NCBI GenBank assembly: GCA_031400455.1 | Contig: JANNPX010000014.1 | Coordinates: 13,076-77,075 of the forward strand | DNA length: 64,000 nucleotides | Direction: 5' to 3' | Source of the DNA: Chloroflexota bacterium | GTDB taxonomy: Bacteria; Chloroflexota; Dehalococcoidia; DSTF01; JACRBR01 | Part shown: positions 1 through 8,520 of the stretch, piece after piece | Position numbering within the stretch: position 1 is the stretch's first letter | Layout of the letters: each line of letters opens with the position of its first letter | Program-made: the position numbers and the translations under genes | Notes under the pieces: model-generated | What the model was told of the DNA's origin: nothing | Database searches by the model: none | The model's input: only the letters and a program-made list of their open reading frames with translations

Positions 1-1566
1 ATCGACGGACAGGCGCCGAACGTCGATGCGGAGCGGCTGAGCGCATGGGTCGCCGAGGGTGGCGCCACGGGCGAGTCGGCCGCGAGTCCGTTCGAGCCCG
101 TCTCGTGCACGGACGGGGCGCAGTCGTTCGACATCACGCACGGATCCGTCGTGATCGCAGCGATCACGTCCTGCACGAACACGTCGAATCCACGCGTGAT
201 GATCGCCGCCGGACTGCTCGCGAAGAACGCCGTCGAGCGCGGCCTGAAGTCGAAGCCGTGGGTGAAGACCAGCCTCGCACCCGGATCCAAAGTCGTCACG
301 GACTATCTGGACGAAGCAGGACTGACGCAGTATCTCGAAGCGCTTGGCTTCTATCTCGTCGGCTACGGCTGTACGACCTGCATCGGCAACTCCGGCCCAC
401 TCCCCCCCCACATCTCGGATGCGATACGCGAAGGCAATCTCGTCGCAGCCTCGGTTGTGTCAGGTAACCGGAACTTCGAGGGACGGATCCAGCAGGAGAT
501 CAAGGCGAACTACCTGGCATCGCCGCCGCTCGTCGTCGCGTACGCCCTTGCTGGCACGATGGACATCGACCTGCACGGCGAACCGCTCGGTGTCGGCAAG
601 AGTGGCGCCCCGGTGTACCTCAGCGACGTCTGGCCAACGCAGGCCCAGGTCGAAGCGGCCGTGCGCAATGCAGTGAAGTCCGAAATGTTCCAGGAGAAAT
701 ATCGCTACGTCTTCGAAGGCGAGGACACCTGGCGCAACCTCGATATCCCGCAGGGCGAACGCTACGAGTGGGATCCAGACTCGACCTACATCAAGCGGCC
801 GCCGTACTTCGACGGCATGCCCGTCGAGCCGCCTCCGTCCGCTGACGTGCGTGGCGCGCGCGTGCTCGCGTTGCTCGGTGACTCGGTGACGACCGATCAC
901 ATCTCGCCCGCTGGAACGATCCCGAAGAATACACCTGCGGGCAAGTACCTGATGCAGCTCGAGGTCGCGCCCGAAGACTTCAACTCGTACGGGACGCGCC
1001 GCGGCAATCACGAGGTGATGGTGCGCGGCACCTTCGCGAATATTCGCCTGCGCAACCTGTTGGCGCCCGGCACGGAGGGCGGCTTTACGAAGCATCTGCC
1101 GGATGGCAAAGAGATGTACATCTTCGACGCGTCGGAGAAGTACCGCGACGAAGGTGTGCCGCTGATTATCATCGCCGGCGCCGAGTACGGCACCGGCTCA
1201 TCACGCGACTGGGCGGCGAAAGGCACGGCGTTGCTTGGCGTGCGCGCCGTCATCGCCAAGAGCTACGAGCGCATCCACCGCAGCAACCTCATCGGCATGG
1301 GCGTGCTGCCGCTGCAGTTCGAGCCTGGAGAGGACCGCGAGACGCTCGGCCTCACCGGCGCCGAGCGCTACGACGTCGAGGGCATCACCGGCGGCGTGAC
1401 ACCGGGCAAGCGCCTGACAGTGCGCGTCCGCTCGGACGATGGCGGCCGGGCCGCTGCCGAGAAGACGTTCACCGCCATCTGCCGCATCGATACCCCAGTC
1501 GAGGTCGACTACTACAACCACGGCGGCATCCTGCCGTTTGTCTTGCGCCAGTTGGTGAAGGCGTAG
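1..1566 (+). CDS. acnA: Aconitate hydratase AcnA, 5'-truncated by the window edge
   Basis: Frame is open from base 1. Motifs AAITSCTNTSNP, GYGCTTCIGNSG, SGNRNFEGR, DSVTTDHISPAG and YGTGSSRDWAAKG. Confidence 0.97.
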   Translation: MDGQAPNVDAERLSAWVAEGGATGESAASPFEPVSCTDGAQSFDITHGSVVIAAITSCTNTSNPRVMIAAGLLAKNAVERGLKSKPWVKTSLAPGSKVVTDYLDEAGLTQYLEALGFYLVGYGCTTCIGNSGPLPPHISDAIREGNLVAASVVSGNRNFEGRIQQEIKANYLASPPLVVAYALAGTMDIDLHGEPLGVGKSGAPVYLSDVWPTQAQVEAAVRNAVKSEMFQEKYRYVFEGEDTWRNLDIPQGERYEWDPDSTYIKRPPYFDGMPVEPPPSADVRGARVLALLGDSVTTDHISPAGTIPKNTPAGKYLMQLEVAPEDFNSYGTRRGNHEVMVRGTFANIRLRNLLAPGTEGGFTKHLPDGKEMYIFDASEKYRDEGVPLIIIAGAEYGTGSSRDWAAKGTALLGVRAVIAKSYERIHRSNLIGMGVLPLQFEPGEDRETLGLTGAERYDVEGITGGVTPGKRLTVRVRSDDGGRAAAEKTFTAICRIDTPVEVDYYNHGGILPFVLRQLVKA

Positions 1567-1581
1567 GGTGGCGGGAGTTCG

Positions 1582-2418
1582 TCACTCCACCCACGCCACC
1601 GCCTCACACCAGAACGTCGCGCGAAACGCGCCGGGGTTCGCGCCCCACGCGCGCCATGCATCCGCCATCGCCGCCAGCTCGTCGCGCGTTGCGAGACCGA
1701 GCGCGACGGCGTGATCGATCAGCGGCGGTGATTCGAGATAGCGCGCCTGCCACTCGCCGGCCAGTCGCGTCGCGTCCGCCGTGCCCTCGTATGTTGCGGT
1801 TGCCGAACCGATCGTGCGAGCGAAGCCGGCGTCGTGCAGCAGTTCGCGCAGGCGCTTGCCGACGCGCGGATCGCCCGGGTTGCCCTGTGCTCGCAGCGAC
1901 GCCAGCAGCTCGAACGAGCGATCGATGATCGGTGTGCGCGGATGCAGCACGATGCCGTCGTGATCCGCGTCGGCTATGCCGATGACCCCGCCCGGTCGCA
2001 GCACGCGCCGCAGTTCGCGTAGCGCGGCGAGCGGATCGGCGAGATGCTGCAGCACGGCGTGACAGAACGCCGCGTCGAACGACGCATCCTCGAACGGCAG
2101 CGCGTACACGTCGCCGACGTCGAAGCGTACGTTCGTGACGCCGCGCTCCGCGGCGAGCGAGCGCGCTGCCTCGATGGCGTCAACACTGACGTCGATGCCG
2201 AACGCTTCGGCCGGGGTGATCGCTTCGGCAAGTCCGACGGTGATGCTGCCGGGGCCGCATCCGACATCGAGCAGGCGCATGCCCGGTTCCAGGTGCGGCA
2301 GCAGGAACGCTGCATTGCGCGCGGCGGTGCGCCGTGCGTGCGCAGGCGAATGCGCGGGCCGCAGCCAACGCTCGAAAGCTTCACCGGTCTTCTGTACGTC
2401 GAGATTCTTCGATTCCAT
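1582..2418 (-). CDS. Class I SAM-dependent methyltransferase (UbiE-like)
   Basis: LLDVGCGPG motif I; LPFEDASFD; LRRVLRPGG. Confidence 0.9.
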   Translation of the reverse strand: MESKNLDVQKTGEAFERWLRPAHSPAHARRTAARNAAFLLPHLEPGMRLLDVGCGPGSITVGLAEAITPAEAFGIDVSVDAIEAARSLAAERGVTNVRFDVGDVYALPFEDASFDAAFCHAVLQHLADPLAALRELRRVLRPGGVIGIADADHDGIVLHPRTPIIDRSFELLASLRAQGNPGDPRVGKRLRELLHDAGFARTIGSATATYEGTADATRLAGEWQARYLESPPLIDHAVALGLATRDELAAMADAWRAWGANPGAFRATFWCEAVAWVE

Positions 2419-2499
2419 GATCAGTCAACTCCTGGCTAAGAAATGAAAACGCCGCGAGCACATGCGCCCACGGCCGCCAGGTTGCCCGAACGATCGAAG

Positions 2500-2562
2500 C
2501 TAGGGGAGGCCCGAGGTGCGCGCGTGATCGAAAGACACATCGAGCCTTGCTTTCCAGCTCAC
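2500..2562 (-). CDS. Putative 20-aa leader peptide (MSWKARLDVSFDHARTSGLP) upstream of the methyltransferase
   Basis: GGGAGGTG Shine-Dalgarno just before a GTG; in-frame TAG about 80 nt upstream of the methyltransferase ATG. Confidence 0.4.
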   Translation of the reverse strand: MSWKARLDVSFDHARTSGLP

Positions 2563-2725
2563 CGGCACCTCCCTTCCGTGTGATGCGCGCCGTCCAAGCG
2601 GCACAGCCACGAGCGCATTCTAGCAGCAGATGCTCGCGCCGCGCACCAACTTTCGTGCCCCTTCGCCTCCTTCGTGGTTAAATCAGCGCACCGACGATCA
2701 GGGACCAACCGACGAGGAGACCACA

Positions 2726-3781
2726 ATGAAGACCGCCATCGGCTTCAACATGACCGGCAACGAGGACTGGGACGAGCTCTCGACGTACGCGATCGAGGCG
2801 GAGCGCATGGGCGTCGGATACGCGTGGTCTGCCGAATCGTGGGGGCACGATGCCGTCACGCCGCTCGCGTACCTCGCCGCGAAGACGCTGACGCTGAAAC
2901 TCGGCGCGGGCATCATGCAGGCCGTCGCGCGCACGCCCGCCAACCTTGCGATGACGGCGATGACGCTGGAGTCGATGTCGGGCGGGCGCTTCATCCTCGG
3001 CCTCGGCGCCAGCGGACCGCAAGTGGTCGAGGGATGGCACGGCGTGCCGTTCCGCAAGCCGATCCAGCGCATCCGCGAGCTAATCGAGATCGTGCGCATC
3101 GTCTCGGCAGGCGAGCGGCTGATCTACGACGGCCAGATCTATCACCTGCCGCTGCCTGGCGGCGAAGGGAAGGCGCTGAAGTCCGGCGCGCAGCCGCAAC
3201 CGAACATTCCGATCTACCTCGCGACGCTGAGCCCCAAGAGCCTCGAGCTCACCGGCGAGATGGCTGACGGCTGGCTCGGCACGTCGTTCATCCCGGAGCA
3301 GGCCGAGGAGGTGTTCTTCAAGCACATGCGCGCCGGCGCCGCGAAGAGCGGTCGCGCGTTCTCGGAGATCGACATCCAGGCAGGCGGTGCGGTCGCGTTT
3401 TCGGATGACGTGGATAAGCTCGTCGCTCGCAACCGGCCGGGCATCGCCTTCACGCTCGGCGCGATGGGATCGAAGGATCACAACTTCTACAACGCGGCGT
3501 TCCGCCGCGCCGGTTACGAGGAGGAGGGCATCGCCGTCCAGCGCCTCTGGATCGAAGGTAAGCGCAAAGAGGCCGCTGACCTGGTGCCCGACGAGATGGT
3601 GCTCGCAGTCAACATGCTGGGCACGGAAGCGATGGTCCGTGACCGCATCCGCGCCTACCGCGACGCCGGCGTCACGACGTTGCGCATCCACCCCGAAGGG
3701 CGCACGCTCGACGAGCGGCTGGAGACGCTCGGTCGCGCGGTCGATCTCGTACGGTCGGTGGCGGCGGAAAAGGTAGCTTGA
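2726..3781 (+). CDS. LLM-class (probably F420-dependent) oxidoreductase
   Basis: AESWGHDA, RTPANLAMTA, SGGRFILGLGASGPQVVEGWHG; GAGGAG RBS before ATG 2726. Confidence 0.92.
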   Translation: MKTAIGFNMTGNEDWDELSTYAIEAERMGVGYAWSAESWGHDAVTPLAYLAAKTLTLKLGAGIMQAVARTPANLAMTAMTLESMSGGRFILGLGASGPQVVEGWHGVPFRKPIQRIRELIEIVRIVSAGERLIYDGQIYHLPLPGGEGKALKSGAQPQPNIPIYLATLSPKSLELTGEMADGWLGTSFIPEQAEEVFFKHMRAGAAKSGRAFSEIDIQAGGAVAFSDDVDKLVARNRPGIAFTLGAMGSKDHNFYNAAFRRAGYEEEGIAVQRLWIEGKRKEAADLVPDEMVLAVNMLGTEAMVRDRIRAYRDAGVTTLRIHPEGRTLDERLETLGRAVDLVRSVAAEKVA

Positions 3782-3819
3782 GCCTTCCGTGTTCGATCGG
3801 ACAACAGCGCCCGTCCCAC

Positions 3820-3888
3820 TGTCATGCAGAGCGTAGCGAAGCATCTTTCCCGATCGGAGAAGATCCTTCGGCTACGCTCAGGATGGCA
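3820..3888. repeat. REP-like imperfect palindrome (TGTCAT..GAGCGTAGCGAAG..ATCT / AGATCCTTCG..CGCTCAGGATG.CA)
   Basis: Inverted arms between convergent genes; related copy at 46944-46992. Confidence 0.7.
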
Positions 3889-3938
3889 CGTCTGGAGTGC
3901 TCTCTCCTGGACGGATATCCCGGCGACGGTCGTCGCCG

Positions 3939-4820
3939 TTACGGCCGCTTCGGCAGCTTTAGCTGCCGCTCGATCAGCCCGTCGCGCATGCGATCCGGCA
4001 CGACCTTCGCCATGATGGCCTGTATTCGCGTTTGGCTGTCGCCGACGAGGTAGCGGGTCTTCGGTTTCTTCGCCGTCAGCGCGTGCGTGACGGCCTTGGC
4101 AACTTCCACGGGCGGGAGCCCCTTGTCGGCCGTGATCTCCGCAAACGCCCGGAGGGCCGCGATGGCCTTGCCGTACAGGGCGTGACCTTCGGGCGGCAAC
4201 GTCGCCTCCATCCGATCGGCTTCGGCGGTCGACTTCTCCCATATCGGCGTCGCGATGCTGCCGGGCTCGATCACGGCGACCTGGATGCCCCACGGCCGCA
4301 ACTCGGCGCGCAGCGAGTCGGTGAGCGCCTCGAGCGCGAACTTGGACGCGCTGTACGGGCCGAGGAACGGCGTCGAGAGCCGGCCGCCGATCGAACCCAT
4401 GTTCACAACGCGTCCACGCGCCTTGCGGATCGACGCGAGAAACGCCTGCGTCACGGCGATCTGGCCGATCACGTTGATCTCGAGCTGACGCCGCAGGTCC
4501 TCGATCGGCACGAACTCCAGCGGCGCGGCGATCGCGATGCCGGCGTTGTTCACCAGCCCGTCCAGCCCGCGATCGCCCAGTTCACGCAGCACCAGCTCTC
4601 GCGCCGCGGCGATCGATGCCGCGTCGACCACATCGATCCGCACCGGCACCAGCCGCGAGGACGCCTTCGCGCGAAGCGCCTCGCCATCGGCGTCCTTGCG
4701 TACGCCCGCGAACACGCGCCAACCAAGTTGATCGAGATACAGCGCGCACGCCTCGCCGATCCCCGTCGACGCGCCCGTTATCAGTACTGACCGTGTCCCC
4801 GCCGTGTCATTCGTCGTCAT
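3939..4820 (-). CDS. Short-chain dehydrogenase/reductase (retinol/17beta-HSD-like)
   Basis: TGASTGIG, NNAG, YSASK catalytic motif. Confidence 0.93.
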   Translation of the reverse strand: MTTNDTAGTRSVLITGASTGIGEACALYLDQLGWRVFAGVRKDADGEALRAKASSRLVPVRIDVVDAASIAAARELVLRELGDRGLDGLVNNAGIAIAAPLEFVPIEDLRRQLEINVIGQIAVTQAFLASIRKARGRVVNMGSIGGRLSTPFLGPYSASKFALEALTDSLRAELRPWGIQVAVIEPGSIATPIWEKSTAEADRMEATLPPEGHALYGKAIAALRAFAEITADKGLPPVEVAKAVTHALTAKKPKTRYLVGDSQTRIQAIMAKVVPDRMRDGLIERQLKLPKRP

Positions 4821-4959
4821 CTCGTACTCCTGCCGTTTGTTTGGTAGTTCTTCTGTGCGCAGTCAACGCCATCTATCGTTCGTCGCGCCGGCGATATGAA
4901 TCGTAGTCTTGTGTTTTTCCGAGACCTGCCGATCGTACACGAAGCCGCGCGAACGGCCG

Positions 4960-4989
4960 AGCGCCGACTCGATGATTCGAGTCGGCGCT
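4960..4989 (-). terminator. Strong hairpin downstream of the capsid gene (possible terminator)
   Basis: 13-bp perfect stem AGCGCCGACTCGA-tgat-TCGAGTCGGCGCT; no clear U-tract. Confidence 0.45.
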
Positions 4990-5016
4990 GCGACGGTTCT
5001 GTGCTCGATGGCGTCC

Positions 5017-5041
5017 GCGCGGGCTGGAAAGCCCGCGCTAC
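5017..5041 (-). repeat. GTAG-type REP
   Basis: Reverse complement reads GTAG-CGCGGGCTTTCCAGCCCGCGC (tetranucleotide foot plus palindrome). Confidence 0.6.
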
Positions 5042-5056
5042 GTCGGCCCTCCCCGC

Positions 5057-5944
5057 TTACGGCCGGACGCCCGTCAACTTCGCCACCTTGATCGTGTTGA
5101 AGAGCGCTGTGCTGACATACCACTTCACGCGTGTCCGCGTCGCATCCTTCGTCTCCAGGCTGCCGATCGTCTCGACCTGCAGTCCCCCCGGCGCGGTCAG
5201 TCCCGCGAGCGCGCCCTCGCCGGTCTGCATTGCGTACACCGTCGAGCAATCGGTACTGCTGCCGACCGTCTTGGTGTCGGAGATGTAGTCCGACACGCCG
5301 ATCGGCACGCCGTCGTAGAACGACACCATCTGCCCGAACTCGTTGCGGTCCATCTGCAGGAAGCCGCCCGTCGTCCGCGCCAGGCTGTTCAGCGATCGCC
5401 GCGTGCGCTTGCTCATGACAAGCATCGCCGGCGGCCCGCCTTTCACGAGGTCGATCACTTCGTCGAGCTTGGCGAGCGTGAGGGTCGCACCGTTCGCGCC
5501 CATCGTCGCGATCTGCCCGCCGGTGGTCAGCTTGTCGATACCATCGAATGACTTCGCATCGACGGACGTGTCGCCGTTGATGAACGTATCCTCGAACTTC
5601 TGCTGCACCGCCTTCGCCTTCAGCCGGATGACCGCGGCCTGCAGATCCTGAAGGTTGCTGCGCGTCGTCAGCAGGAAGTTGTCGATGTCCGCATCGCCGC
5701 CGACGATCGACAGGGTCGCCGTGATCTGCGAGAAGGTCGGCGTGCCTTCCGTCCAGGTATCGCCGACGGTGAAGAACGTCGCCGCCGGATTCGTGTTCTC
5801 GCGGTTGTACGTGAGCCCGTTGCCCGTGATTTCGATGAACGGCAGCATCTGCAAGATCGGCGAATCGAGCACGATCGTCTCGATCACCCCCTGCAGCACG
5901 ATGTCGTTCGAGAGCTTTGCCGATTCCGCAAGTGTCAGAGCCAT
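5057..5944 (-). CDS. Phage-type major capsid protein (HK97 fold likely)
   Basis: MALTLAESAKLSND..QGVIETIV..SPIL..LPF, YNRE, GGDADIDNF...RSN, FINGD...FDGI and TRVKWY match the pattern of a known major capsid protein family; GGAGA RBS. Confidence 0.85.
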   Translation of the reverse strand: MALTLAESAKLSNDIVLQGVIETIVLDSPILQMLPFIEITGNGLTYNRENTNPAATFFTVGDTWTEGTPTFSQITATLSIVGGDADIDNFLLTTRSNLQDLQAAVIRLKAKAVQQKFEDTFINGDTSVDAKSFDGIDKLTTGGQIATMGANGATLTLAKLDEVIDLVKGGPPAMLVMSKRTRRSLNSLARTTGGFLQMDRNEFGQMVSFYDGVPIGVSDYISDTKTVGSSTDCSTVYAMQTGEGALAGLTAPGGLQVETIGSLETKDATRTRVKWYVSTALFNTIKVAKLTGVRP

Positions 5945-6006
5945 TGGTTGGTCTCCTTGTGACTGGTGTCTGGTGATTGAGAGTTTGGTCTGGCGCGCGC
6001 CGAGAA

Positions 6007-6501
6007 CTACGAACTTCTCGTCGCCAACCCGTGCTTGATCTTCTGCTCTGGCGTCAGCGCGCTCAGATCGGGCGCCGACCGTGGCGGTGCGCCTGCGGGC
6101 ACGCGGCCCGCCTGCGCCTGTGTCTCCATGTGCGAGCGCACGCGCCCGACGATCTCTCGCGCCGCGCTCACTGACGCGTCGATCGCGTCGACATCGCCGC
6201 CGGCGATCAGGTCGGCCGGCAGCGCTGGCTCGGTTCGCACGACGAGATCGCGATAGCGCTCCGCCGCCGTCTGCGCTCGCTGTGTCGCCGCATCGACCTG
6301 CTCGCGCAGTGAGGCCGCGTCTGCGGCCGCTGCCGCTGCTGCGTCGTGCGACGTGCGCACGTCGTCGCGCAGGAACGCCGCTTCCGCCACGGCGTTCGCC
6401 GCGTCCCGCTGCAACCGCTCGACCTCAGCCCGCGCATCGGCGAGTTGTTCCTGGAGCACTGCCAACTCCTCCCCCTCCGGGACACTCAGGGCGTCGTCCA
6501 C
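6007..6501 (-). CDS. Putative capsid scaffolding protein
   Basis: Ala/Glu-rich coiled coil with C-terminal GAPPR..PDLSALTPEQKIKHGL; directly upstream of the capsid gene; GGAGGTG RBS. Confidence 0.7.
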   Translation of the reverse strand: MDDALSVPEGEELAVLQEQLADARAEVERLQRDAANAVAEAAFLRDDVRTSHDAAAAAAADAASLREQVDAATQRAQTAAERYRDLVVRTEPALPADLIAGGDVDAIDASVSAAREIVGRVRSHMETQAQAGRVPAGAPPRSAPDLSALTPEQKIKHGLATRSS

Positions 6502-6757
6502 CTTCCACCTCCTGTCCAGAACCTCATGACGATGCGGCGAGCGTAGGTGAGGCGTAGATCGATCTCCAACAGGCGCAGATCACCGGACGCCATGCACGCA
6601 TCACCGAAGTGCACCCCTGTCCGCGCCGTGGAGCAGGGTGGCCGATCGAAGAGTCGCCGCAGGAGACAGGCCGGGGTGAGCTGCGCGCAGCGCCTACGGC
6701 ACTTCTCCTTCCTCCCCCACCGCCCTACTCTGGATCCGAGACTGAAGGAGCAAGAAC

Positions 6758-7780
6758 ATGCCAGACAAGCGCAAGTACTGGGGCGTCATTAGCCCGCTGC
6801 CCGCACCGATCCTCACCGCGCAGGCGCAACAGATCGAATCGATGGGGCTCGAAGGTATCTTCGCGCCGCAGGTGTACGGCCCTCCGTTCATCCCGCTCGC
6901 CGCGGCGGCCGCCGTCACGCAGCGCGTGCGTCTGGCGACAGGCATCGCGCTGGCGTTTGCGCGGAGCCCGTTCGAGACGGCGGTTGCCGCGATGGATCTC
7001 GACCGCATCAGCGGCGGCCGCTTCACGCTCGGCCTCGGCACCAGCGTGAAGTCGTGGAGCGAGGGCTTCTTCGGCATGGAGTACGGCAAGCCCGTCGAGC
7101 ATCTGCGCGAGGTCGTCGAGATCGTCCGTTTGGTGATCGCGAAGAGCCACACCGGCGAGCTCACGCGTTACGACGGCAAGTACCACCAGCTAGATTTCGG
7201 CGAGTTCAATCCGCTGGGCGCGCCGCTCCGCACGGACTTGCCGATCTGGATCGCCGCCCTGCGCACGCCGCTGATCCGCCTCGGCGCAGAGATCGCTGAC
7301 GGTGTGATCGGGCACCCGATCTGGTCGATCGACTGGGCGACGACGAAGGTGCAGGACGATCTGAAGGCCGGCCTCGCGAAGGGCGGCCGCAAGCGCTCGG
7401 ACATCGAGTTCAACATGTGGCTGTTCGTCGCACCGAACGACGATCGTAAGCAGTCCATCGAGGACGCCCGCGCAACGGTCGCCTTCTACGGCGGCGTTGC
7501 GCAGTACGAGGAGTATTTCGCGGCGCACGGCTTCCGCAACGAAGCGCGCCAACTACAGGAAGGCGTGCAGCGCGGCGATTACTTGAGCGTGAAGCACCTG
7601 GTGACCGACGAGATGGCGCAGACCTTCGTCGTTTGCGGCACGCCCGACGAAGTGAAGAAGCAGGTCGAGCGCATCTGGACCACTGCCGACAGCGCCTCTC
7701 TCGGCCCGCCCGTGTACGGCCTCGATGGCGGCGCGATCCTCCGCTACTACGCAAAGATCGCAGAGCTGTTCTATGGGTGA
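6758..7780 (+). CDS. LLM-class flavin/F420-dependent oxidoreductase
   Basis: LATGIALAFARSP, SGGRFTLGLG, AEIADGVIGH. Confidence 0.92.
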   Translation: MPDKRKYWGVISPLPAPILTAQAQQIESMGLEGIFAPQVYGPPFIPLAAAAAVTQRVRLATGIALAFARSPFETAVAAMDLDRISGGRFTLGLGTSVKSWSEGFFGMEYGKPVEHLREVVEIVRLVIAKSHTGELTRYDGKYHQLDFGEFNPLGAPLRTDLPIWIAALRTPLIRLGAEIADGVIGHPIWSIDWATTKVQDDLKAGLAKGGRKRSDIEFNMWLFVAPNDDRKQSIEDARATVAFYGGVAQYEEYFAAHGFRNEARQLQEGVQRGDYLSVKHLVTDEMAQTFVVCGTPDEVKKQVERIWTTADSASLGPPVYGLDGGAILRYYAKIAELFYG

Positions 7781-7801
7781 GTCGTGGTGTCGGAGATGGA
7801 T

Positions 7802-7940
7802 GCAGGCGAGGACGCCTGCGCCACGCGTGTTGTGCTGAATCGGGCTGAAGGACACGTTGAGTGAGCGCGTCGAAGGACTCCGGCAGCGACGATAAATCGG
7901 TTCCGAGAACTGCTCGCGTGGCGCAGGCGTCCCCGCCTGC
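7802..7940. repeat. Inverted pair of GTGG-type REPs at the RAYT 5' end
   Basis: 7802-7824 (minus strand) GTGGCGCAGGCGTCCTCGCCTGC and 7918-7940 (plus strand) GTGGCGCAGGCGTCCCCGCCTGC. Confidence 0.8.
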
Positions 7941-8445
7941 CGTTGCGGCGAAGCCGCCTCAGACTGCGTACAAGCGCTATCTTCCTCATCTCCAGCGAGA
8001 TGGGAAGCCCGTGTTCATCACATTCTCGACCTGGAAGCGCAACACGTTGCCGGAACGAGCGCGGCAACCGGTGCTCGATTGCATCATCGCGGGACACGAT
8101 GTCCGGTTCCGGCTTCACGCGGCGGTTGTGATGCCCGATCACGTCCATGTTCTCCTGACGGCGATCCGAGATCAGCACGGCGAGACTTACGGACTCGCGC
8201 AGATCATGCAAGCTGTGAAAGGCGCGTCAGCGCACGCGGTGAACAGGGCCCTGTCTCGTTCGGGCCGCGTATGGCAACCCGAGTCCTTCGATGCGCTCCT
8301 CCGCTCGGACGAATCGATGCGCCAGAAATCCGAATACATCTGCGCGAACCCGGTGCGCGCGGGCCTGGTTGAGCGAGAGGATCAATGGCCCTGGCTCTGG
8401 CGAGAGTGGATTGAGGGGCTCTCACCGGCCGAGGAGCAACGTTAG
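7861..8445 (+). mobile_element. REP-associated tyrosine transposase (RAYT, IS200-like Y1 HUH); start uncertain
   Basis: LPHL..G..FITF, VMPDHVH (HUH), WQPESFD, YICANPVRAGL; flanked by REP palindromes. Confidence 0.9.
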
Positions 8446-8455
8446 CACGAGCGCC

Positions 8456-8473
8456 CACAGCCGGGCGGCTGTG
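8456..8473. repeat. REP-like palindrome downstream of RAYT
   Basis: CACAGCCG-GG-CGGCTGTG; fuller copy at 51390-51413. Confidence 0.6.
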
Positions 8474-8520
8474 ATCCGGCGCCGCAGGGAACTCAGTCCC
8501 TTCGTGATCTCCGCAGTTCC

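Noticed and set aside
4863-8500. Intact prophage around the capsid gene
   Set aside because: No integrase, terminase, portal, tail or att repeats; the flanks are metabolic genes.
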